Positions 17,683-27,484 of a stretch of 38,423 bases of DNA are shown one piece after another. The notes beneath the pieces were generated by a model. The model made no database searches. It was not told the DNA's origin and worked only from the letters and a program-made list of their open reading frames with translations. Source of the stretch: Caulobacteraceae bacterium (lineage in GTDB: Bacteria; Pseudomonadota; Alphaproteobacteria; Caulobacterales; Caulobacteraceae); contig CANMXH010000001.1 of NCBI GenBank assembly GCA_947501315.1, positions 1 through 38,423 on the forward strand, written 5' to 3'. The translations under genes were made by a program, and so were the position numbers. The first letter of the stretch is position 1; every line of letters begins with the position of its first letter.

Positions 17683-18198
17683 ATGAAACGCCTGCTGTTC
17701 GCAACCACCCTGTCCTTGATGACCGCCGGCTCGTCCGTGGCCCAGACCGTCATTCTGGTCCGCCATGCCGAGAAGGTCGACGCCAGTGCCGATCCGGTCC
17801 TGTCCGAGGCGGGCCAGCGTCGCGCGTTCGACCTGGCGGTCGCGCTGGGCGACGCCGACCTGACCCATGTCTTCACCTCGCCGCTCCAGCGAACCGTGCT
17901 GACGGCCCGTCCGGCTGCGGAGGCCCATGCCATCAATCCCGAGGTTATTTCGTTCGAAGGCGGGACCGAGGCCCACGTTCGCAGGGTGGCAGACCGTGTT
18001 CGCGCCTTGCCTGATGACGCCGTCGTTCTGGTCGTCGGGCACAGCAATACCATTCCGCTCATCGCCGGAGCGTTGGGCGAGACCGGTCCGTCGGAGATGC
18101 GCGATTGCGAATATGACCGGCTGATCTTGATCCCGGTCGAGGATGACGGCGACTCGCCCGCCATCATCACCCGCTACGGGGAGCCGGCGAACTGCTGA
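17683..18198 (+). CDS. Exported histidine phosphatase (phosphoglycerate mutase/SixA superfamily)
   Basis: Signal peptide, LVRHAEK, TSPLQRT, LVVGHSNT. Confidence 0.88.
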   Translation: MKRLLFATTLSLMTAGSSVAQTVILVRHAEKVDASADPVLSEAGQRRAFDLAVALGDADLTHVFTSPLQRTVLTARPAAEAHAINPEVISFEGGTEAHVRRVADRVRALPDDAVVLVVGHSNTIPLIAGALGETGPSEMRDCEYDRLILIPVEDDGDSPAIITRYGEPANC

Positions 18199-18205
18199 GG
18201 GCGGT

Positions 18206-18586
18206 CTAGCGGGGCTTTTGCGGCAGGCCGTCGGCAATCTCGTAATAGTCGCCCTTGTCGGCGACGAAGATGTGCACGCCAAGGGTCGTCTGCGTCGGGG
18301 TGTCGAAGGCCCCCATGGCGACGCCGATCCAGTCCCGGAAGACCGGATCCCAGAACAGGGTCGAGCCGCAGGTCCCGCAAAAGCCGCGGCGCACCTTCTC
18401 AGAGGACTGGTGCCAGATGACGGCTTCCTCGCCCTGAACCGTCACGGCCGATTTCGGAACGTCGGTGGAAGCGAAGACGTGGCCCGACTGCTTGCGGCAA
18501 AGGCTGCAATGGCAGGCATCCGGCGCGGGCAGCGGAACCGACACCTTGAAGGCGACGGCACCGCAGAGGCAGGAACCCCGGTGCAT
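18206..18586 (-). CDS. GFA (CENP-V/Mss4-like) Zn-binding protein
   Basis: GSCLCGAV, CHCSLCRK, FCGTCGS. GGAGG RBS. Confidence 0.9.
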   Translation of the reverse strand: MHRGSCLCGAVAFKVSVPLPAPDACHCSLCRKQSGHVFASTDVPKSAVTVQGEEAVIWHQSSEKVRRGFCGTCGSTLFWDPVFRDWIGVAMGAFDTPTQTTLGVHIFVADKGDYYEIADGLPQKPR

Positions 18587-18600
18587 GCCCAAGCCTCCCG

Positions 18601-20700
18601 TCACACGTCCAGATCGGCGACAGCGAACTGGGCATTGTCCTGGATAAACTGGAACCTGGCCTCGGCCTTCTTGCCCATGAGCCGTTCGACCAGATCCTCG
18701 ATCTCGTCCTCGGAGGCCGGCACCGTGACCCGCGCCAGGGTGCGCTTCTTCGGGTCCATGGTGGTCTCCTTGAGTTGGGAGGCCATCATCTCGCCAAGAC
18801 CCTTGAACCGGCCGATCTCGGTCTTCTTGCCCTTGAACACCGTGGCCAGCAGTTCGTCGCGGTGGGCGTCGTCGCGGGCGTATTCGGACAGCGGCCCGGC
18901 GCTGATCCGGTAGAGCGGGGGCAGGGCCATGAACAGCCGCCCCTGCCGGATCGTCTCAGGCATCGATCGGTAGAAAAACGTGATCAGCAGCGCCGCGATA
19001 TGCGCACCGTCCACGTCGGCGTCGGTCATGATGACGATGCGCTCGTAGCGCAGGTCCTCGATGTTGAACCGGCTGCCCGGCTGCACCCCGAGCGCCAGCG
19101 CCAGATCCGACAGTTCGATATTGGCCCGCAGCTTGTCGGCCGTGGCGGAGGCGACATTCAGGATCTTGCCGCGCAGGGGCAGGATTGCCTGGGTGATGCG
19201 GTCTCGCGCCTGTTTGGCCGAACCGCCGGCCGAGTCTCCCTCGACAATGAACAGTTCAGTGCCCTCGGCTGTCTGACGCGAACAGTCCGACAGCTTGCCG
19301 GGCAGGCGCAGCTTGCGCGTCGCCTGGGCCCTCTGGACCTCCTTGTCCTTGCGCCGCTTCAGCCGGTCCTCGGCCCGCTCGATGACGAAGCCGAGGAGGG
19401 TGTTGGCCTGCTTCGGGCTCTCGGTCAGCCAGTGATCCAGCGGATCGCGCATCAGCTGCTCGACCAGCCGCTGGGCGTCGGGCGATGACAACCGGTCCTT
19501 GGTCTGACCCTGAAACTCCGGATTCCGCACAAACACGGAGATCAGCGCGCCGGCGTTGGCGATCACGTCCTCGGCGGTGATCAGCCCGGCGCGCTTCTCA
19601 TTGGTCAGTTCGCCATAGGCCTTGAGCCCCTTGACCAGCGCCGCCCGGAATCCGGCTTCATGGGTTCCCCCGTCAGGAGTCGAGACGGTGTTGCAGTAGG
19701 AGGAGACGAAGCCGTCGGCCTCGCCGAAGCCGATCGGGCTCCAGGTCACGGCCCATTCGACCGCCCCGGCCTCGCCCTTGCGCTCGACCCGGCCGGCGAA
19801 GGCGGGCGTTACCGTTTCCAGTTCGCCGATCCGTTCGGCCAGGGCGTCGGCCAGGCCGTTGGGGAAGTGAAAGACCGCGTCGATCGCCGTCTGGTCGGTG
19901 ATCCGCTCGGCGGCGCAGGTCCATCGGATTTCGACACCGCGGAACAGATAGGCCTTGGAGCGGGCCATGCGGAAAAGGCGTGCCGGCTTGAAGGCGGCAC
20001 CGACGCCGAAGATCTGCTCATCCGGCTTGAAGCGGATCAGCGTGCCCTTCTTCTTCGATGGCCCGCCCCGGACGATGGAACCCAGGGGCAAGCCGCGGCT
20101 GAAGGACTGGCTCCACTCATGCCCGTCACGCCACACGGTGACGTCCAGCCGCTCGCTCAGGGCATTGACGACCGAGACACCGACGCCATGCAAACCGCCT
20201 GAAGTTTCATAGGCCTTGCCGGAGAACTTGCCACCCGAGTGGAGGACGGTCATGACCACCTCCAGCGCGGACTTGCCCGGATGTTTGGGGTGGGGATCGA
20301 CAGGAATGCCGCGGCCGTCGTCCTTGACAGAGAGCCAGCCCTCGGCGTCGAGATCGACGGTAATCAGTTTCGCATGGCGGGCCACGGCCTCGTCCATGGC
20401 GTTGTCCAGCACCTCGGCGAAGAGGTGGTGCAGGGCCCGCTCGTCGGTGCCGCCGATATACATGCCCGGCCGTTTGCGGACCGGCTCCAGCCCCTCCAGC
20501 ACCTCGATCGAGGAGGCCGAATAGTCGCCGGCCATGGGCGGAAGGGTGGGGGCAGGGGCAGGCACGGGTGCAGGCTCCGGCCGCGGGGCCGCGGCCTGTG
20601 GCGTCAGGGCCGGGTCTGCCGGGGGGACCGCAGGCGTCGGCTCCGGGCCTTGCGGCTCGGGCAGATCATCGAACAGGGAAGGCGCGGCGGTGGGACCCAT
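18601..20700 (-). CDS. parE: DNA topoisomerase IV subunit B
   Basis: LEGLEPVRKRPGMYIG, SGGLHGVG, VEGDSAGGSAKQAR, PLRGKILN, MTDADVDG, FKGLGEM. Lacks the GyrB insertion. Confidence 0.93.
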   Translation of the reverse strand: MGPTAAPSLFDDLPEPQGPEPTPAVPPADPALTPQAAAPRPEPAPVPAPAPTLPPMAGDYSASSIEVLEGLEPVRKRPGMYIGGTDERALHHLFAEVLDNAMDEAVARHAKLITVDLDAEGWLSVKDDGRGIPVDPHPKHPGKSALEVVMTVLHSGGKFSGKAYETSGGLHGVGVSVVNALSERLDVTVWRDGHEWSQSFSRGLPLGSIVRGGPSKKKGTLIRFKPDEQIFGVGAAFKPARLFRMARSKAYLFRGVEIRWTCAAERITDQTAIDAVFHFPNGLADALAERIGELETVTPAFAGRVERKGEAGAVEWAVTWSPIGFGEADGFVSSYCNTVSTPDGGTHEAGFRAALVKGLKAYGELTNEKRAGLITAEDVIANAGALISVFVRNPEFQGQTKDRLSSPDAQRLVEQLMRDPLDHWLTESPKQANTLLGFVIERAEDRLKRRKDKEVQRAQATRKLRLPGKLSDCSRQTAEGTELFIVEGDSAGGSAKQARDRITQAILPLRGKILNVASATADKLRANIELSDLALALGVQPGSRFNIEDLRYERIVIMTDADVDGAHIAALLITFFYRSMPETIRQGRLFMALPPLYRISAGPLSEYARDDAHRDELLATVFKGKKTEIGRFKGLGEMMASQLKETTMDPKKRTLARVTVPASEDEIEDLVERLMGKKAEARFQFIQDNAQFAVADLDV

Positions 20701-22018
20701 GCGGATACTGTGAAACGATTCGGGAACCGGTCTGGTAGGCTTGGCGGCGCTTCTCCACAAGCAGCCCGGGGACGACCGGCAGTGACGGCAGGGTGGCGCG
20801 CGTCAGCAAAGCGACAAACAGAACCCATGGCAGCCCCTGGTGCGCCATCAGAATGCTCTCCGACAGACTGAGCACGACAAAGGCGGCGAGGAAGCCCAAC
20901 GCCCACCAGCCCTCGCGCACGCCCGACACTGAAGACCTCAGGACGGCGTTCACGGCCGTTCCTGCCAGCAGTCCCCCGACCATCAAGGTGCCCGGCCAGC
21001 CGAGCTGGACCAGCAGATCGATCCAGCCGTTATGTGCCGACGGTACGATCCAGCCCGTCTCCTTGCGCACCCAGTCTGCGGGGGCCGACTCCCCGATCCG
21101 ACCCCAGAAGGCTCCGTAGCCATAGCCCGTCCAAGGTCTGTCCGCGACCTTGCGCAAAAGACTGTCCCAGATCTCGGTCCGGCCGGTCAGTGACGGGTCC
21201 TTGCCGAGGGCCTCGAGCAAGGCCACCGAATGGGTGTCCCAGATCCACAGGCTCAGCCCGCTCAGCACCACAGCGATCCAGACGAGCACGACCGAGAAGG
21301 CCGCGCCACCGCGCCGCATGCTCCAGAAGCCGCCGATCAGGGCCAGACCGACCAGGAGGCAAAGCAGGGAGGTCTTGGACTGGGTCGCCAGTACAAGTCC
21401 GCTGGACAGGACCAGCGCAGACGCCGGCATCAAGCGGCGCGGGTCAGGGGAGGCGAGGCAGGCAGCGGCAGCCGTCGCGCCGATGACCATGACGGCCCCC
21501 ATCTGGTTCTTCTCGTACCAAAGGCCGCGCCAGAGGCCGGCATTGTCGAACTGGTGCACGCCGATTGCGGGGAAGGCGAAGATCATCACCAGACTGCCGA
21601 CCGCCATGACCAACGCCGTATGCATCAACAGCCGCGGCAGATGCGGCCCCCGGAACACCGCCCCCAGATAGAGGGCGAAGCCACAGCTGATGGCCAGGGC
21701 GATGACCCGGCGCATGGTGGTGGCGAAATCAAGCGACCAGTAGCGCGAGGCGAAGGCCAGCCCGACCAGGGCGGCAATGGCGATCATTGCGGGCCAGGCC
21801 CGCCACAGCCGGTCGATGCGATAGATCAGCAGGCCGACGATGGCCGCATAGGCGGGCAACCAGACCAGCCTCAGGATCGGCGTCTCCTCCTGCGTCGGCG
21901 CGAATACCGGCCCGATCAGGGCTCCGGTCAGCATGGCGATGATCACGCCGCAGATCAGCCGCTCCCAGATGCTGGGGGCCGGCTCGGTCAGGACCGCGTC
22001 TGGAGGGGATTCGCGCAC
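20666..22018 (-). CDS. O-antigen ligase / Wzy-like polysaccharide polymerase
   Basis: About 11-12 TM segments, WRGLWYEKN, SKTS, LTGRTEIW, GYGYGAFW, SAHNGWID. GTG start approximate. Confidence 0.85.
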   Translation of the reverse strand: MRESPPDAVLTEPAPSIWERLICGVIIAMLTGALIGPVFAPTQEETPILRLVWLPAYAAIVGLLIYRIDRLWRAWPAMIAIAALVGLAFASRYWSLDFATTMRRVIALAISCGFALYLGAVFRGPHLPRLLMHTALVMAVGSLVMIFAFPAIGVHQFDNAGLWRGLWYEKNQMGAVMVIGATAAAACLASPDPRRLMPASALVLSSGLVLATQSKTSLLCLLVGLALIGGFWSMRRGGAAFSVVLVWIAVVLSGLSLWIWDTHSVALLEALGKDPSLTGRTEIWDSLLRKVADRPWTGYGYGAFWGRIGESAPADWVRKETGWIVPSAHNGWIDLLVQLGWPGTLMVGGLLAGTAVNAVLRSSVSGVREGWWALGFLAAFVVLSLSESILMAHQGLPWVLFVALLTRATLPSLPVVPGLLVEKRRQAYQTGSRIVSQYPHGSHRRAFPVR

Positions 22019-22064
22019 GCTCCCAAGGTCGGGCAACGGGCTTAACGAAGGGTTGGGGACCCCT

Positions 22065-24416
22065 TCAACAGGCCTTCTCCACAAACGTATCGATCACCTT
22101 TTTCTCGCCGGCCTTTTCGAAATCGATCAACAGCTTGTTGCCCTCGATGGCCGTCACCGCGCCGTAGCCGAATTTCTGGTGGAACACCCGCTGACCCTTC
22201 GACCAGTCGCCGCCTGCTTTCGGATCTGCCGTGGCCAGCAGCCGGCCGTCTCCCTCGATCAGCTTATGCCGGGCGGGTTTCGCGGCCGGAGCCCGGCCTG
22301 CCGTGAACGACTGCGCCCGCTTCCACCCCGGCGAGGCATAGCCGGCCCCGAAGGTGGGCATTTCGTCCCAGCGGGACTTGGCGTCCTTCATGCCGGGGGT
22401 GACGCCATAGTAGCCGGTGTCGCTCTCGGCCTCGACGTGGGCGATGGGCAGTTCGTCAACGAACCGGCTGGGCAGCTGCGAGGTCCATCGGCCATAAACC
22501 AGCCGGTTGGCGGCGAATGAAATCCGCGCGTCGGACTTCGCCCGGGTGACGCCGACATAGGCCAGGCGGCGCTCCTCCTCGAGACCCTTTTCACCCTTCT
22601 CATCGATGCTGCGCTGGCTGGGGAAGACGCCTTCCTCCCAGCCCGGCAGGAAGACCAGCGGAAACTCCAGCCCCTTGGCCCCGTGCAGGGTCATGATCTG
22701 CACCGCATCGTCTGACCCGCCGCGGTCCAGGTCCATGACCAGTGAGACATGCTCCAGATAGGCGGGCAGGGTCTCGAACTGCTGCATCGACTGCGTCAGT
22801 TCCTTGAGGTTATCCAGCCGCGTCTGGCCGGTCGCCCGGTCGGCCTTCTGCATGTCTGTGTAGCCGCTCTCCTCCAGAACGGTCTCGGTCAGCTCCCAGT
22901 GGGTCGTGGTCTGGGCGAAGGTCCGCCAGCGGTCGATGTCGCGCACGAAGTTCGACAGGGCGGTTCGCGTCCGCGCCTGCAGTTCGTCCGAGACGATCAG
23001 GTCGCGCACCGCGCTCATCGCGGAGACCCCTGAAAGCCGCGCGATCTGCAGCACCTTCTGTATCGAGGTGTCGCCGATGCCGCGTTTGGGCACATTGACG
23101 ATCCGCTCGAAGGCAAGGTCGTCATCCTCGCTGAGGATCAGGCGCAGATAGGCATGGGCGTCGCGGATCTCCGCCCGTTCGAAGAAGCGTGGCCCGCCGA
23201 TCACCTTGTAGGGTACGGCCAGCAGCACGAACCGCTCCTCGAAGGCCCGCATCTGGAAGGAGGCGCGCACCAGCACCGCCATGTCCTGATAGGGTGTTCC
23301 GGCTCGTCGCGCCGTCTCGATCTCGTCGGCGACCAGCCTGGCCTCGGCCTCCCCATCCCAAACGCCCCGCACGCGAACCTTGTCGCCGCTGGAATCCTCG
23401 GTCCAGAGCGTCTTGCCCAGGCGGTCGCGATTGGCCGCAATCAGGCCTGATGCGGCACCCAGAATATGTTGCGTAGACCGATAGTTACGCTCAAGTCTTA
23501 CGACCTTGGCGCCGGGAAAGTCCCGCTCGAAGCGAAGGATGTTGTCGACCTCGGCCCCGCGCCAGCCATAGATCGACTGGTCGTCGTCCCCGACGCAGCA
23601 GACGTTGCCGGTCGAGGACGTCAGCAGCCGCAGCCAGAGGTACTGGGCGACATTGGTGTCCTGATATTCATCGACCAGGATGTAGCGAAACCGACGACGA
23701 TATTCCTCGGCAATATCCGAATGTTTTGCGAGAATCGTCAGGTTATGAAGCAGCAGATCACCAAAGTCGCAGGCGTTCAGACTGACCAGACGCGCCTGAT
23801 AGGCGGCATAAAGGGTGTGCCCCTTGCCGTTGGCGAAATCCTCTGACGGCGGCAGCTTGTCCGGCGTCCAGCCGCGGTTCTTCCAGTGATCGATCAGGCC
23901 ACTCAGCGATTTGGGCGTCCAGCGTTTGGTGTCGAGCCCCTCGGCCTCCAGCACCTGTTTGCAAACCCGTTCCTGATCGTCGGTGTCCAGGATGGTGAAG
24001 GTCGACTTCAGCCCGACCAGTTCGGCATGTCGTCGCAGGATCTGCGCCGCCACCGAGTGGAAGGTGCCCAGCCAGCGCAGCCCTTCGGCCGAGGGCCCGA
24101 TCAGATGGGTGATCCGCTCGCGCATCTCGCGCGCGGCCTTGTTGGTGAAGGTGACGACCAGCAGTTCCCAGGGCCTTGCCCGGCCCGTGGCCAGAATGTG
24201 CGCAAGCCGCGTGGTCAGCACCCGTGTCTTGCCGGTGCCTGCGCCGGCGAGGACCAGCACCGGGCCGTCGACCGTCTCGACCGCCTCGCGCTGTTCGGTG
24301 TTCAGCCCGGCCAGATAGTCAGCGGCAGGCGCCGGGACGCCGCCGGGGCCGCGCGAGCGGGCCAGGTCGGAGATGCGCGGGGCAGGGGGCGTGCCGAGAT
24401 CGGGGGGAAGACTCAT
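22065..24416 (-). CDS. uvrD: ATP-dependent DNA helicase UvrD/PcrA
   Basis: LAGAGTGKT, TFTNKAAREM, VDEYQD, VGDDDQSIYGWRGA, NYRS, TLHGAKGLEF, EERRLAYV, C-terminal VFHQKFGYG. Confidence 0.93.
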   Translation of the reverse strand: MSLPPDLGTPPAPRISDLARSRGPGGVPAPAADYLAGLNTEQREAVETVDGPVLVLAGAGTGKTRVLTTRLAHILATGRARPWELLVVTFTNKAAREMRERITHLIGPSAEGLRWLGTFHSVAAQILRRHAELVGLKSTFTILDTDDQERVCKQVLEAEGLDTKRWTPKSLSGLIDHWKNRGWTPDKLPPSEDFANGKGHTLYAAYQARLVSLNACDFGDLLLHNLTILAKHSDIAEEYRRRFRYILVDEYQDTNVAQYLWLRLLTSSTGNVCCVGDDDQSIYGWRGAEVDNILRFERDFPGAKVVRLERNYRSTQHILGAASGLIAANRDRLGKTLWTEDSSGDKVRVRGVWDGEAEARLVADEIETARRAGTPYQDMAVLVRASFQMRAFEERFVLLAVPYKVIGGPRFFERAEIRDAHAYLRLILSEDDDLAFERIVNVPKRGIGDTSIQKVLQIARLSGVSAMSAVRDLIVSDELQARTRTALSNFVRDIDRWRTFAQTTTHWELTETVLEESGYTDMQKADRATGQTRLDNLKELTQSMQQFETLPAYLEHVSLVMDLDRGGSDDAVQIMTLHGAKGLEFPLVFLPGWEEGVFPSQRSIDEKGEKGLEEERRLAYVGVTRAKSDARISFAANRLVYGRWTSQLPSRFVDELPIAHVEAESDTGYYGVTPGMKDAKSRWDEMPTFGAGYASPGWKRAQSFTAGRAPAAKPARHKLIEGDGRLLATADPKAGGDWSKGQRVFHQKFGYGAVTAIEGNKLLIDFEKAGEKKVIDTFVEKAC

Positions 24417-24529
24417 CGGGAGAACATAAGGGGCACGGCGTCCGATGTCAGCGGGGCATGCGACACCCGGCCGGAACCGCCCGGCCTCGCCACCGTTTTC
24501 TCCGGCACGAGGCATCGGGAAGGATGACC

Positions 24530-24814
24530 ATGTCCGACAGTAACAACGCAGCCCGCCGCGGTGACGCCGGCCTGGCCTTCATCTTCGCCGGTATAGTCGT
24601 CGGGCTGGCGATCATCGCCTTTGTGGTCTTTTCCAACGGCGGGATCGGGACACCGGACGGCCCGGAAGTCTCCGTCGATATCGACCTGCCGCGCATGGAA
24701 CTGCCCGGGCCGCCAAAGATGCCGACGCAGCCGCAGGTCGTCCCGTTGGAGGCCAGGCTGAGGGAACCTGCGCCCGCCCTGACGGGTGTCAATCGATCGC
24801 ATCCGGTTCGATGA
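24530..24814 (+). CDS. Small single-pass membrane protein with Pro-rich tail
   Basis: MSDSNN...GLAFIFAGIVVGLAIIAFVVF then a Pro-rich segment. GGGAAGGA upstream. Confidence 0.6.
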   Translation: MSDSNNAARRGDAGLAFIFAGIVVGLAIIAFVVFSNGGIGTPDGPEVSVDIDLPRMELPGPPKMPTQPQVVPLEARLREPAPALTGVNRSHPVR

Positions 24815-25025
24815 AGGATCGATCGCCGCTCGTCCAGGAAAGGGCCAGAAGCCGGCATGCCGAGGCCAGCGGCGTGCGCCCGCGCCGTTCGTCGATCCGC
24901 TTCATCAGCCCCGCCTGCGACAGGCCGCCGGCGGCCGCGATCCCATCCAGTACGGCCCAGAACTCGGCCTCGAGGGCCACGGAGGTGGCATGCCCGGACA
25001 GTGAGACAGAGCGCTTTTTCAACAT
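24789..25025 (-). CDS. Ribbon-helix-helix protein (RHH_4 type)
   Basis: KRSVSLSGHATSVALEAEFW..L..IA and LASACR signature. Confidence 0.85.
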   Translation of the reverse strand: MLKKRSVSLSGHATSVALEAEFWAVLDGIAAAGGLSQAGLMKRIDERRGRTPLASACRLLALSWTSGDRSFIEPDAID

Positions 25026-25137
25026 TGGGGAACCATAGGCCGGGCGGCCGTATTTCGGCCATGGGGTGTGACATGAACACTGTTCACTCAGGCCTCGTTC
25101 AAGGATATAGAGTCATCCATCGCACAGGGCATCTCCC

Positions 25138-25893
25138 ATGACCGCAACCGCCGATTTCGACAAGCTCGACCGTCTGCGCCCGCAGCGTCTTGAGCCGCTC
25201 AGGGCGCTCCGCGCCTTTCGAAAACTGATCCGCAACAAGGAAGACACCACGCAGGTGTTCGAGATCATGCGAGCCCTGTCCGGGCGCTCCATCGGCCGCG
25301 GCTACAACCGCATGCTCAAATCGCTCGAGGGCGGCCGCCAGGCCTTCCTGCGTGAGGAACTGGCCCACAAGCTGGACGATCCCGTCTGGCTGTCACGGTT
25401 CGAGCCCGGGTCCGTGGGAGCGGCCTATCGGGCTTTCCGCGAGGCCCGGGGGTTCACGGCGGAAGGTCTGGCCGATGAGGCCCGCAAGGTCGCGCCCTTG
25501 GTCGACGCCCAGCATCCCGTGGTCTGGTATTCGCGCCGCATCCGCGACGTCCACGACGTCTGGCATGTCCTTACCGGCTACGGGACCGACGCCCTTGGTG
25601 AGGCCTGCGTGGTGTCCTTTTCCTATGCCCAGACCCGCAATCTCGGCTTCGCCTTCATCGGCTGGGGCGCGGCTCGCGAGGTGCAGCGCGAGGCACCGTC
25701 CGTGCCGGCCCGCCGGGCGGTCTGGCAGGCCTATCGCAACGGGCGGGCGGCCCGATGGCTGCCCGGGCTCGACTATGAGGCCCTGTTCGAACAGCCGCTT
25801 GAGGCCGTCCGTGAGCGCCTCAACATCCGTCCGGCGACCGTCTATGAGGGTATCCCGGGTGAGCTGCGCGCCCGACTCAAGCTCCGCGGCTGA
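25138..25893 (+). CDS. Coq4-family protein
   Basis: PGSVGAAY, HDVWHVLTGYGTDALGE (HDxxH-x11-E), PLEAVRERLNI. Confidence 0.85.
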   Translation: MTATADFDKLDRLRPQRLEPLRALRAFRKLIRNKEDTTQVFEIMRALSGRSIGRGYNRMLKSLEGGRQAFLREELAHKLDDPVWLSRFEPGSVGAAYRAFREARGFTAEGLADEARKVAPLVDAQHPVVWYSRRIRDVHDVWHVLTGYGTDALGEACVVSFSYAQTRNLGFAFIGWGAAREVQREAPSVPARRAVWQAYRNGRAARWLPGLDYEALFEQPLEAVRERLNIRPATVYEGIPGELRARLKLRG

Positions 25894-25983
25894 CGGCGCT
25901 TTCCGGACGCCATAACCCCGGTCCGGGTCACTCGGCCCAAAAGCCTGCTTGCGCTGGGGCCTCCCATCCGTCACTTGCCGCGC

Positions 25984-26922
25984 GTGACCTCCCCCGACCC
26001 GGCACCGCCCATCGCCCGTCCGCCCCTGTCGCGGGCCACCCTGCTCGGGATCGGTGGGGTGCTGGTCTGCGCCCTGATCTGGGGCACGACCTGGTACGCC
26101 ATCACACTGCAACTCGGGACGGTGGCTACGATCGCCTCGATCGTCTGGCGCTTCGGCCTCGCCTCTGCCGTGTTGTTCCTCGGTTGCCTGGTCTTGCGCC
26201 AGAACCTCAAGCTGACGCGGGGCCAGCACCTCGCCGCCCTGGCCCAGGGGGCCTTTGCCTTCTCGATCAGCTACAGCTTCACCTACGCCTCGGAAGGCCA
26301 TGTCGCGTCCGCCATTGTTGCCGTGACCTTCGCCTCCCTGACATTCATCAACCTTGTCCTGTTCCGGGTCGCTGCGGGTCAGCGGGCCGCAGCCGTTTCC
26401 TGGGGCGGAGCCATCCTTGGACTCGTCGGTGTGGCGGTGCTTTCGGGCGGTGAAGTGCTGGGGGCCGGTTTTGATCGTCGGGCCGCCCTCGGTGTCGGCC
26501 TGGCCCTGGTCGCCGTAGTCGCCTCGGCCTTCGGTAATTTCTTCGCATGGAAGGGTCAGGTCCAGGGATCGGCAGCTATTCCCTCGACCGCCTGGGCGAT
26601 GGCCTATGGCACGGGACTGCTGCTGGTTTACGGCCTGGTCACGGGCGTCGAGTTCACCATCGACCCGACATTCACCTATGTGGGCTCACTGCTTTACCTG
26701 GCCCTTTTCGGCTCGGTCATCGCCTTCGGCCTGTATTTCACCATTGCCCGGGTGATCGGCTATGCCATGGCCAGCTACGTCTCGGCCCTGACCCCACCCG
26801 TCGCCATGCTGGTCTCGGTGCTGTTCGAGGGCGCGCATTTCGGCTGGTCGGCCCTGTTTGGGCTGCTGCTGGTGCTTTCGGGTCAGGCCCTGATGATCCG
26901 GGCCCCGAAGGTTACAACCTAG
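25984..26922 (+). CDS. EamA/DMT family transporter
   Basis: LIWGTTW, RFGLA, YLALFGSVIAF, about 10 TM segments. Confidence 0.9.
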   Translation: MTSPDPAPPIARPPLSRATLLGIGGVLVCALIWGTTWYAITLQLGTVATIASIVWRFGLASAVLFLGCLVLRQNLKLTRGQHLAALAQGAFAFSISYSFTYASEGHVASAIVAVTFASLTFINLVLFRVAAGQRAAAVSWGGAILGLVGVAVLSGGEVLGAGFDRRAALGVGLALVAVVASAFGNFFAWKGQVQGSAAIPSTAWAMAYGTGLLLVYGLVTGVEFTIDPTFTYVGSLLYLALFGSVIAFGLYFTIARVIGYAMASYVSALTPPVAMLVSVLFEGAHFGWSALFGLLLVLSGQALMIRAPKVTT

Positions 26923-27083
26923 CCGAACCAGCCTCGCTTCTTCTTCTTCGGCTTGTCGGGCGCCGCTCCCGTCTTCTTCGCCGCCTCTTCCTCCCGTCTA
27001 TTGCGCTCTGCGGTGACCCGCATGGCGACGAGCAGGGGAATCAGACCGTGCTTGATGCGGGGATCCTGACGCGGGTCGGTCAT
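26919..27083 (-). CDS. 54-aa small protein not in the ORF track
   Basis: MTDPRQDPRIKHGLIPLLVAMRVTAERNRREEEAAKKTGAAPDKPKKKKRGWFG*. GGAGG RBS, ATG 2 nt after the upstream stop. Confidence 0.65.
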   Translation of the reverse strand: MTDPRQDPRIKHGLIPLLVAMRVTAERNRREEEAAKKTGAAPDKPKKKKRGWFG

Positions 27084-27085
27084 TT

Positions 27086-27262
27086 TCAATCCTCCAGCTT
27101 CGATCCGTCGAGCAGGCGGGCCGCACGCGTGCGTTCCGCTTCTGCCCGGGTCCGATCTGCCTTCGAGCGCCCGTGCGCGGCCCGGTTGGCCTTCGCGGTC
27201 GCCTTCGCTTCAGCCTTCTCCCGGTCCTTGCGCACGCGGTTCAGATTGACGACTTCGCCCAT
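27086..27262 (-). CDS. DUF4169-family small protein
   Basis: MGEVVNLNRVRK...ANRAAHGRSKA...LDG pattern. Confidence 0.85.
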   Translation of the reverse strand: MGEVVNLNRVRKDREKAEAKATAKANRAAHGRSKADRTRAEAERTRAARLLDGSKLED

Positions 27263-27484
27263 GACCGATCTCCGATGCGCCGGCCAATGCTGCGACGTCC
27301 GACACTGCCACCACCATACCGTCGAGTCAGACCGACGAACACCACCCTGCGCCGTGGCACGCTCAGGCTGCTTGGCCGGCATCAGACGCCTTACCGCGAA
27401 TTCATGGGCAACCGGCTGTCATCGGGCCCGCCTTCCTCCTATCTCTGGGGGGTGCCCGATAGCAGCGCGACCGGAACGACGCCC

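Noticed and set aside
22042-22056. CtrA-like box TTAA-N7-TTGG upstream of the Wzy-like gene (also a half-site at ~9529)
   Set aside because: Only a half-site match, not distinguishable from chance.
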